A stretch of DNA of 32,000 nt, from positions 1,920,001 through 1,952,000 of the forward strand of contig NZ_LT549890.1 of NCBI RefSeq assembly GCF_900079115.1, given 5' to 3'. Source of the DNA: Saccharolobus solfataricus. Lineage in GTDB: Archaea > Thermoproteota > Thermoprotei_A > Sulfolobales > Sulfolobaceae. The position numbers and the translations under genes are program-made. Under the pieces are notes generated by a model. It made no database searches. It was not told where the DNA came from and worked only from the letters and a program-made list of their open reading frames with translations. Shown here one piece after another: positions 9,894-18,247 of the stretch (its first letter is position 1; every line of letters begins with the position of its first letter).

Positions 9894-11120
9894 ATGGAGC
9901 TAGCCATAAGAAACGGGATCGTTTTTAACGGAAAAGAAATAATAGGAAAAACTAACATCTATGTGAGAGAAGGAAAAATTGTAGAAGTCTCTAGAGAAGA
10001 TCACAGTGCGAAAATGGAAATTGATGCCAAAGACATGTTTGTAATGCCCGGATTAATTGACGCTCATATTCATCTTTCTGGAATCAAAGGTGGTAGTCTA
10101 TTAAAGATAATGTTTGAGAAACCAGAATATAGGGTACTTCGCGCTGCTAAATGGCTAGAAAAGCTACTGTTAGCTGGATTTACAACTGTCAGGGACTGTG
10201 GAGAAACAGTGTCTTTAGCCTTAAAGAGGGCTTTAAATGACGGAATTATAGGTGGGCCTAAGGTAATTGCTGCCGGCAAACCTATTACACAGACTTTTGG
10301 ACATGGGGAATTAAGTCATGATGTACCGTTAGAGTTCTCAAAAACCATGAGCTTTTCTGAATTTTGTGACGGAATGGAATCATGTATTCACGCTGCCAGG
10401 AAAGTTCTAAGGGATGGCGCTGATTTCATCAAAATATTCGCAACTGGCGGAGTGCTATCACAGAGGGATAGACCAGAACATCCCCAGCTAAGTTACGAGG
10501 AGATTAGGGCAATAGTTAACGAAGCTGAAAAAGTCAATACTTACGTAGCAGCTCATGCTCATGGAGATAGAGGAGCAAGGATTGCAATAGAGGCTGGAGT
10601 AAAAACGTTAGAACACGGTACCTTACTTAAGGATGAGACGCTAAAGTTAATGAAGGAGAAAAACGTAACGTTAACTCCAACATTGACGATTCAAGAGTTA
10701 ATATTCAAATATGGTAAACAGATTGGAGTCGATGAGTGGGGACTCCAAAAGATCACTTCCGTAAGGGAGAATATTGCAAATGTTGTTAGAAAAGCTAAGG
10801 AGTATGGAGTTACGATAATAAGTGGTACTGATTTGGGTTTTGAAACGGGATTAGAGGAGATTGATATGGGAAAGAATTGGATGGAGACTGTTTTACTTGT
10901 TGAAAGAGGAGGGCTGTCTCCAATAGAGGCTTTAAGAGCCTCAACTTATAATGCTGCGATGGCTATTGGAATTAACGCTGGTGTAATAGAGATTGGAAAA
11001 GATGCTGATATCATAATCATTAATGGTGATCCTACGCTAAATGTGAGGGAAATATCTAAGATTACACATGTAGTCAAGAATGGAAAATTAACGGTGGAGA
11101 ATAAGTCAATTAAGGGTTAG
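9894..11120 (+). CDS. metal-dependent amidohydrolase (COG1228-like, imidazolonepropionase/prolidase-related)
   Basis: GLIDAHIHL (HxH), FIKIFATGG (candidate carboxylated Lys), AAHAHG, LEHG and SGTD are metal-ligand motifs in canonical order. It starts 9 nt after the MHS transporter gene. Confidence 0.8.
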   Translation: MELAIRNGIVFNGKEIIGKTNIYVREGKIVEVSREDHSAKMEIDAKDMFVMPGLIDAHIHLSGIKGGSLLKIMFEKPEYRVLRAAKWLEKLLLAGFTTVRDCGETVSLALKRALNDGIIGGPKVIAAGKPITQTFGHGELSHDVPLEFSKTMSFSEFCDGMESCIHAARKVLRDGADFIKIFATGGVLSQRDRPEHPQLSYEEIRAIVNEAEKVNTYVAAHAHGDRGARIAIEAGVKTLEHGTLLKDETLKLMKEKNVTLTPTLTIQELIFKYGKQIGVDEWGLQKITSVRENIANVVRKAKEYGVTIISGTDLGFETGLEEIDMGKNWMETVLLVERGGLSPIEALRASTYNAAMAIGINAGVIEIGKDADIIIINGDPTLNVREISKITHVVKNGKLTVENKSIKG

Positions 11121-11166
11121 TTTTTCTTTTTATAAACCTTTTAAGTTTTAAATGTATAATTAACTT

Positions 11167-12663
11167 ATGGCTAGTTATGAAGAAGTTAGGAGAAGTTTTT
11201 CGTGGAGTGAGGTAATTAGATATTTAGACGAGAACCCATTAGACGTTTTGACTTCTCATGACGGTATAGCAGTTAAGAGATTCACTAAGAACGCTATGGA
11301 GGAGATAAGCTTCTCAGATCTTAAAAGAAAGGCATTAAGACTTGCCTTATATCTCAAGGAGTTTCATAACATTAAAAAGGGTGATGTAATAGCAATATTA
11401 GCTTCAAAGAAGATTCAACAAATCATAGTATTTTTAGCAACTCTCTCCCTAGGAGCAATTTATCAACCATTATTTACTGCATTTGGGCCAGAGGCAATTA
11501 AGATGAGGACTAGAGATGTAAAACCAAAAATTATCTTTTGTCAAGATGACCAAAAGGATAAGATAAATGATGCAATACTCTTCTCCAAGTTTGATGAATT
11601 ATTAAGTTACGGTGAATTGAAAGAGATTGAAAAGATAAATTGGGATGATGCAATAATTTTACTTTACACTTCTGGTACTACGGGAACACCTAAAGGGGCC
11701 CTAATCGCTAAGAGGCTATTTCTTAACATTTATGTCTACATGAAATATGGTATAGGTGTTAGGGAAAATGACGTGTTTTGGAACCCCGCAGATCCTGGAT
11801 GGGCTTATGGGCTATATTATGGTATAATAGGACCGCTAATGTTTGGGAAAACTATAATCTTTCTTGACGAACCATTTAACCCAGAAAGGACAATGGAGTT
11901 CATGGAGGAAAATAAGGTTACTAATTTTGCTTTCGCACCTACGGCATATAGAATGATAGCTGGAACGGTTAAGAAGAAGTATGATTTAGTATTGGAAAGA
12001 GCGAGTTCTGCAGGTGAACCACTTAACCCAGAAGTTATAAGATGGTTTATGGATAAGTACAATGTTACTATCAAGGATCATTATGGACAAACTGAAGTTG
12101 GAATGGTAGTTTATAATGGCTGGGGATATGACGCAAAAGTAAAAATAGGGAGTATGGGACTACCTGCACCTGGTTATGAGGTCGATATAATAGAGGATAT
12201 TATAGCTGTCAAGAGAGATTCTCCAGGTTTCCACTTCTTGGGATATCTAAACAATCCAGAGAAGACCAAGGAATCATTTCGAGGCGATTGGTACTTGACT
12301 GGTGATAATGCGTATAAAGATGAGGAAGGATATTTATGGTTTGTTGGAAGGAAGGACGATGTGGTTAAGGTATCTGGTTACAGGATAGGTCCATTTGAAG
12401 TTGAGAGCGTACTTCTAGAATTTCCCGCAGTACTAGAATCTGCTGTTGTTGCCGATGAAGATCCAATACGAGGACATGTATTACATGCTTATATTGTACT
12501 CAAAAGTGGATATACTCCAAGTGAGGAACTAAAGAAGGAGATTATTGATTTTGTAAATACTAAATATTCTAGGCACGTACATCTAGAAAGGGTTGACTTT
12601 GTTGATAAATTGCCAAAGACTGAGAGTGGTAAAATACAAAGATATCTACTTAGAAAGAAATAA
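11167..12663 (+). CDS. AMP-forming acyl-CoA synthetase / AMP-dependent ligase
   Basis: It carries the AMP-binding signature LYTSGTTGTPKG, plus YGQTE, GDWYLTGD, GRKDD and a C-terminal PKTESGKIQR. Confidence 0.9.
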   Translation: MASYEEVRRSFSWSEVIRYLDENPLDVLTSHDGIAVKRFTKNAMEEISFSDLKRKALRLALYLKEFHNIKKGDVIAILASKKIQQIIVFLATLSLGAIYQPLFTAFGPEAIKMRTRDVKPKIIFCQDDQKDKINDAILFSKFDELLSYGELKEIEKINWDDAIILLYTSGTTGTPKGALIAKRLFLNIYVYMKYGIGVRENDVFWNPADPGWAYGLYYGIIGPLMFGKTIIFLDEPFNPERTMEFMEENKVTNFAFAPTAYRMIAGTVKKKYDLVLERASSAGEPLNPEVIRWFMDKYNVTIKDHYGQTEVGMVVYNGWGYDAKVKIGSMGLPAPGYEVDIIEDIIAVKRDSPGFHFLGYLNNPEKTKESFRGDWYLTGDNAYKDEEGYLWFVGRKDDVVKVSGYRIGPFEVESVLLEFPAVLESAVVADEDPIRGHVLHAYIVLKSGYTPSEELKKEIIDFVNTKYSRHVHLERVDFVDKLPKTESGKIQRYLLRKK

Positions 12664-12667
12664 AAAA

Positions 12668-14146
12668 TTAAGGTTCCATTTTCACTTCTCTTTTTCTCTC
12701 CAATCCCAAATATATTGCTATACTCAAAAATAATCCAAGATACCAACCATAGTCATATAGCAAGGATAGTTTAGGAATTAGAAATCCTATTACTGGTACA
12801 GAGAACCCTATGATCATTGCAACTAACGCATTAACGTTATAGCCTGACACATACCAATATCTTCCATTTGGCTTAAATAGATCTGCAAGTTTAATTTCAG
12901 TTTTTCCTAATATCCAGTAGTGGGCTATCATGACTCCGGCGACAGAACCTAGACCGGCACCAATCAAATTTATCACATTTTCTATACTTGAAGCGTTATT
13001 GTACCATAACCATGGGGCGTAAAGTAAACCCAGAATTGCAGATACAATAGCTGATTTAGACCACGTGTTAAGCTTCTTTGGGAATAAACTTATCAAGTCG
13101 TAAACGGGTGATACAATATTTGCTGCAACGTTAACTGAGATTGTTGCAATAACTAGACTGATTCCTAAGATTAACGTTATGTAAGGATTGTCAGTAAAGA
13201 GATACATTATATTTACTGGGTTTACATAATTAATTGTGTCATTACTTGGAATATTGTAAATATAAATTACTGCCGATGCTAACCCAACTGCTATGAAGCT
13301 GAAAAGCAACGTAAGTATAGGTAGACCAATAGTTTGTCCTATTAGTTGGTCCTTTTGGCTTCTAGAAAATCTCGTAAAGTCCGGAATGTTTAGGACTAGG
13401 GTTGCCCAAAAACCTGCCATTGTGGATATTGCTAAGGCTATGTTAGGTAATGAAACGTTATTGCCCCTTATTTGAAACAATGATGATAGACCATTTGCAA
13501 GAGTAATTGCGTGAATCATCAAACCTCCTAAGATTATTATTACCAAGGGACCAGCAATTAGTTCAAATTTCTTTATATCATCCATTCCCTTAAATAAGAC
13601 TAATACATTAAGGAACCAAAAGAGGAAGAACGAAATTGTCAGATGGAGTGGCATTCCTAAGAGGTCTGCTGAGATTGTTGACCATGAGGGATAAAAGATT
13701 GAGATTAGCGCATCTAATATTAGACCGCCAGCATAGGTCTCAACGGAGAACCAAAACAATGCTGAAATTGCCCTCATTATTACTGGTACTCTAGCACCCC
13801 TTATTCCGAACATTGGTCTAATTGATGAGGGGAATGGAATTCCCCATTTTGTACCTATATGCCCATTTAAGTATAGCGCTATTAGCAAGGTAAAGTAGGC
13901 TATTGCGATGATCATTAATGCTATTAGTGGGCCGAACTCAAATGTTAATAGCCCCGCAAGCATAAATGCGGGGACGTTATGTATCATTCCAGCCCATATG
14001 GTAGCATAATTTATCCATGTCCATGTTTTTGCGTTTTTAGGAAGCGGTGCTATGTTTGGATTATAGTAACTGTCTGGTACTACAGTCGTTCCTTGATTAT
14101 ATTCCGTTAAGTCTAAATTAACGTGGTTTATTTCTTGTTCTGACAT
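12668..14146 (-). CDS. NCS1-family permease (nucleobase/hydantoin/allantoin/thiamine-type)
   Basis: 492 aa, about 12 TMS. The N-terminal NPNIAPLPKNAKTWTWINYATIWAG pattern resembles the NCS1 signature (N-x-DL-x-P...W). Confidence 0.75.
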   Translation of the reverse strand: MSEQEINHVNLDLTEYNQGTTVVPDSYYNPNIAPLPKNAKTWTWINYATIWAGMIHNVPAFMLAGLLTFEFGPLIALMIIAIAYFTLLIALYLNGHIGTKWGIPFPSSIRPMFGIRGARVPVIMRAISALFWFSVETYAGGLILDALISIFYPSWSTISADLLGMPLHLTISFFLFWFLNVLVLFKGMDDIKKFELIAGPLVIIILGGLMIHAITLANGLSSLFQIRGNNVSLPNIALAISTMAGFWATLVLNIPDFTRFSRSQKDQLIGQTIGLPILTLLFSFIAVGLASAVIYIYNIPSNDTINYVNPVNIMYLFTDNPYITLILGISLVIATISVNVAANIVSPVYDLISLFPKKLNTWSKSAIVSAILGLLYAPWLWYNNASSIENVINLIGAGLGSVAGVMIAHYWILGKTEIKLADLFKPNGRYWYVSGYNVNALVAMIIGFSVPVIGFLIPKLSLLYDYGWYLGLFLSIAIYLGLERKREVKMEP

Positions 14147-14541
14147 CTTTCAGTATTGCTAAAAAGGGGTATATAAATTAAACTGATTAAAAGAGAGAGT
14201 AATTTTTAATCTAATCGTGAATTAGGAAATACCAAAAATCTCCAATATTCTCTAATTATATTTTTCTAATTTACTAGAGTCAATGTAACTAGATAAGAGG
14301 AAAAGTGACTTATACGATATTATATATACATTATTTATGAGGTGTGTTTTTTGACATATAATAATTCTGAGAAAAAATTGAGAATTCATCCTAGTTCATC
14401 TCTCCTGAGGTCACCAATTCAGTAAGAGTTCGATACCGCATTTACGAACTACGAAATCATTACCTCTCAAACTGTACGATTAGCGTACGTTTCTTTAGAT
14501 ATTACTTTAAAAAGACCTATCTTATTTCGTAAATAATTTGT

Positions 14542-16392
14542 ATGACAAGCGTCAGTAACTCCGATAAGTTGTTAAGGAAAGAGTTGGGCCTCTTGGATCT
14601 AACCTTTTTATCTTTAAGTGCAATGATAGGTTCTGGTTGGTTACTAGCTTCCTTAAGCGTGGCATCCATAGCGGGGCCATCTGGAATTTTATCTTGGATA
14701 ATAGCTGGGATAATGGTAATGTTTATAGGGTTAGCTTATGCCGAACTTGGAAGTTCAATACCTAAAACTGGTGGTATAGTTAGATATCCAGTTTATTCCC
14801 ACGGAAGTTACACTGGATTTGTCATAGCATTTCTATATCTTCTCTCGGCAATCTCTACACCTTCTATAGAAGCTTTAGCAACAATCGAATACTTAACTAA
14901 TGTAAACCCTACTTTGAGTAAATTGCTTACTAACTCAACAGTTGTTAACGGCACACCAGTTACTATATTGACGCTTCCCGGATTACTGTTTTCCATTCTT
15001 TTACTATTTATCTATTTCTTAGTAAATTATTACGGTATAAAGATCTTAGGGAAAACGAATTCAGCCATAACAGTTTGGAAATTGATCATACCAGTTGTTA
15101 CATTTATGTTATTATTTTTCGCATTTAAATCAAGTAATTTTACAAATTATGGAGGATTATTTCCGAAAAGTGTTGCATCAAATTATGGTGGTCCAGTTGG
15201 TATGCTGTATGCAATACCCTCGGCTGGGATAATCTACTCGTATTTAGGATTTAGACAACCCATAGAGTATTCTGGAGAGGCCAAAAACCCTGAAAGGAAC
15301 GTATGGAGAGCCATAATTCTCTCAATAGTAATTGCCATACTAATTTACACTTTCCTACAAATAGCTTTTATAGGTGCAATAAATTGGGTATCTGCTGGAG
15401 TAACACCAGGCAATTGGTCAGCATTGCTAAATAGTAAGTGGGCTAACAGTCCATTCTACAGTGAGCTGGAAGCTGAAGGTCTAGCAATAGCTGGAGCTTG
15501 GGGATATGTACTTTTAATAGATGCGGTTCTATCTCCCAGTGGAACTGGACTAGTTTATACTGGGACATCAGCTAGGACGCTTTACGGGTTATCAGCAGAA
15601 GAATATTTCCCACTAATATTTAAAAAATTAAATAGCTATAGAATCCCTATATGGTCCTTAATCGTATCCTTAATAGCCAGTATCATATTCCTACTTCCGT
15701 TTCCAAGTTGGTATTTATTAGTTGGATTCAACTCCTCAGCTACTGTACTTACGTATATTATGGGCGGTATAGGTTTACAAACCTTGAGAAAAACAGCCCC
15801 CGATTTAAAGAGAGGAATTAAGATACCGTTTGCTAGCATAATAGCGCCAGTTGCTACAATAGTTTCCTTGCTAATAGTGTATTGGTCAGGGTTTACAACA
15901 TTGTTTTATATCATCTCTGCTTTATTTATTGGAATTCCAATCTTCTGGATAAATTATGCTGTGAAGATTCTAGGGCTAAAGAAATGGATTGGTATTAGCT
16001 TAGGAATATCACAACTAGTTGTAAATATCATATTAACTATAATCGGATATTATAGCCTAGTTTTGAATAACGATAATCCTATACTATACTTTGCACTATT
16101 TATATTAATGGCGTTAACACCCCTAGTAGTTGCTTATCTAACTGTAAACACTAATGAGAAAGTACACCTGAAGAGTGGATTTTGGCTTATGGGCTTAATT
16201 ATTACAATTTACATTATCAGTTATCCTAGTGAGTTTGGACCATCAAGCAACTCTGCTCCTATAAGATTCCCTTATGATATTGCAATAATTTCGATAATAG
16301 GTATAATATTCCATTATTTAGCCGTTTTAAGTGGTTTTAGAACAAGGGAAATAGAAGAAATTATTGAAGATCAGAAGGAGAGAAGAGATTAA
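14542..16392 (+). CDS. APC-superfamily amino acid permease with extra C-terminal TM segments
   Basis: 616 aa. LSLSAMIGSGWLL and AYAELGSSIPKTGG are typical APC motifs. The hydrophobic C-terminal extension goes beyond the usual 12 TMS. Confidence 0.85.
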   Translation: MTSVSNSDKLLRKELGLLDLTFLSLSAMIGSGWLLASLSVASIAGPSGILSWIIAGIMVMFIGLAYAELGSSIPKTGGIVRYPVYSHGSYTGFVIAFLYLLSAISTPSIEALATIEYLTNVNPTLSKLLTNSTVVNGTPVTILTLPGLLFSILLLFIYFLVNYYGIKILGKTNSAITVWKLIIPVVTFMLLFFAFKSSNFTNYGGLFPKSVASNYGGPVGMLYAIPSAGIIYSYLGFRQPIEYSGEAKNPERNVWRAIILSIVIAILIYTFLQIAFIGAINWVSAGVTPGNWSALLNSKWANSPFYSELEAEGLAIAGAWGYVLLIDAVLSPSGTGLVYTGTSARTLYGLSAEEYFPLIFKKLNSYRIPIWSLIVSLIASIIFLLPFPSWYLLVGFNSSATVLTYIMGGIGLQTLRKTAPDLKRGIKIPFASIIAPVATIVSLLIVYWSGFTTLFYIISALFIGIPIFWINYAVKILGLKKWIGISLGISQLVVNIILTIIGYYSLVLNNDNPILYFALFILMALTPLVVAYLTVNTNEKVHLKSGFWLMGLIITIYIISYPSEFGPSSNSAPIRFPYDIAIISIIGIIFHYLAVLSGFRTREIEEIIEDQKERRD

Positions 16393-16664
16393 TTGAAAAA
16401 ATGTTATTTCGAATCTTAATGGAAACTTTTTAATCAAGAAATTATGCCTTATTTTAGGTCGAAAAATCATGCTAAAATAATGAAAAGTAGAAACTGTTTA
16501 TTATAATAGTTGTGAGTTTCCAAACAATTTCTAAAAAGCAAATAACAACTAAAAACCATTTATTACATTTTGGTAGCATATCAATTAATAAATTCCCTTT
16601 TTATATCGTTTTGACTTTTTCACCTAAAGAAAATTGTGAGTTAAGAAAATTTTAAAGCTATGCT

Positions 16665-16682
16665 GGAATAAATTTTTATTCC
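16665..16682. promoter_or_regulatory. palindrome overlapping the candidate gdhA TATA box
   Basis: GGAATAAATTTTTATTCC is an 8+8 bp inverted repeat around a TT centre, lying about 21-38 nt upstream of the ATG at 16703. The AAATTTTTATT core is the only TATA-like box at leaderless distance. Confidence 0.4.
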
Positions 16683-16699
16683 GGGAAAACGAATTTATA

Positions 16700-17962
16700 T
16701 TGATGGAAGAAGTTCTTAGTTCGAGTCTGTATACTCAACAAGTCAAAAAGTTATATAAAGTCGGAGAATTATTGGGTCTTGATAACGAAACTTTAGAAAC
16801 GCTTTCTCAGCCCGAAAGAATAATTCAAGTTAAGATACAAATTAGAGGGTCTGATGGTAAATTAAAAACATTTATGGGTTGGAGAAGTCAGCACAACTCG
16901 GCTTTAGGCCCATACAAGGGCGGAATTAGGTATCATCCTAATGTTACACAAGATGAGGTAGAAGCGTTATCTATGATAATGACGTGGAAGAACTCATTAC
17001 TATTATTACCATATGGAGGAGGAAAAGGTGGAATTAGAGTAGATCCTAAAAAGTTGACTAAAGAAGAATTAGAACAATTATCGAGAAAGTTTATCCAAGC
17101 TATTTATAAATATTTAGGTAGCGAATTAGATATCCCAGCCCCAGATGTGAACACAGATTCACAAACCATGGCATGGTACCTAGATGAGTACATAAAGATA
17201 ACTGGAAATGTTGATTTCGCAGTATTTACTGGGAAGCCAGTGGAACTAGGTGGAATAGGTGTTAGATTATACAGTACTGGACTTGGAGTTGCTACCATAG
17301 CTAAGGAAGCTGCGAATAAGTTTATAGGAGGTATTGAGGAAGCTAGGGTAATAATTCAAGGCTTCGGAAATGTTGGGTATTATGCAGCTAAATTCCTAAG
17401 CGATATGGGAGCTAAAATAGTAGGAATTAGTGACTCTAAAGGTGGAGTAATTAATGAGAATGGAATAGATGTTGGAAAGGCTATGGAAATAAAGGAGAAA
17501 ACTGGAAGTGTGACAAATTATCCTGAGGGAAGAAAGGTCACAAATGAGGAACTACTAATATCGGACTGTAATATATTAGTACCTGCAGCGCTTGAAAACG
17601 TCATAAATAAGTTTAATGCTCCCAAGATTAAGGCTAAGCTTATTGTTGAGGGTGCAAATGGTCCATTGACTGCTGATGCAGATGAAATAATGAGACAAAG
17701 GGGCATAGTAGTTGTGCCAGATATACTTGCTAATGCTGGTGGAGTTGTTGGAAGTTATGTAGAGTGGGCTAATAATAAAATGGGTCAAATAATAAGCGAT
17801 GAAGAGGCTAAGAAGCTTATAGTCGACAGAATGAACAATGCTTTCAATACCCTATACGATTATCATCAAAAGAAATTAGAAGATCACGATCTGAGAACTG
17901 CTGCCATGGCATTAGCTGTGGATAGAGTAGTAAGAGCTATGAAAGCTAGAGGTCTATTATAA
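16700..17962 (+). CDS. gdhA: glutamate dehydrogenase
   Basis: It has the Glu/Leu/Phe/Val dehydrogenase signature ([21 protein letters not shown]) and a dinucleotide-binding GFGNVG. 420 aa; ATG at 16703 is the probable start. Confidence 0.95.
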   Translation: MMEEVLSSSLYTQQVKKLYKVGELLGLDNETLETLSQPERIIQVKIQIRGSDGKLKTFMGWRSQHNSALGPYKGGIRYHPNVTQDEVEALSMIMTWKNSLLLLPYGGGKGGIRVDPKKLTKEELEQLSRKFIQAIYKYLGSELDIPAPDVNTDSQTMAWYLDEYIKITGNVDFAVFTGKPVELGGIGVRLYSTGLGVATIAKEAANKFIGGIEEARVIIQGFGNVGYYAAKFLSDMGAKIVGISDSKGGVINENGIDVGKAMEIKEKTGSVTNYPEGRKVTNEELLISDCNILVPAALENVINKFNAPKIKAKLIVEGANGPLTADADEIMRQRGIVVVPDILANAGGVVGSYVEWANNKMGQIISDEEAKKLIVDRMNNAFNTLYDYHQKKLEDHDLRTAAMALAVDRVVRAMKARGLL

Positions 17963-17972
17963 TATTTTTTCC
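17963..17972 (+). terminator. T-run terminator candidate after gdhA
   Basis: TATTTTTTCC follows the TAA stop immediately. Archaeal RNA polymerase terminates at oligo-T. Confidence 0.35.
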
Positions 17973-18247
17973 TTGGGCTTAATCCTAGACCCCTTAAAGA
18001 GAAAGATAAGACAAGGTAGGATAATAATGAAATAAAGAATAGAGCTTGATTAGAGTTCAACTTTCATAATTTATTACTTAGCCCCTTAAATGTATAAGTT
18101 TTACTAATTTTTGATCACTTAATATCATTAGCATAAATCGATAAAATGTCATTAAAATAATGTTGGTAAAAGCGTTATTGTTAACGTTAGTTACATAAAG
18201 TATTACGATAACAATATTTAAATATAACATGGTATCCACTTTTACAC

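Noticed and set aside
14147-14541. 395-bp divergent intergenic region between the NCS1 and APC permease genes, examined for small ORFs or RNAs. It includes a GTACG-ATTAG-CGTAC hairpin at 14474-14488.
   Set aside because: Only very short ORFs (16 aa or less) without motifs are present, and a 5-bp stem is within chance expectation. This is most simply two divergent promoters.
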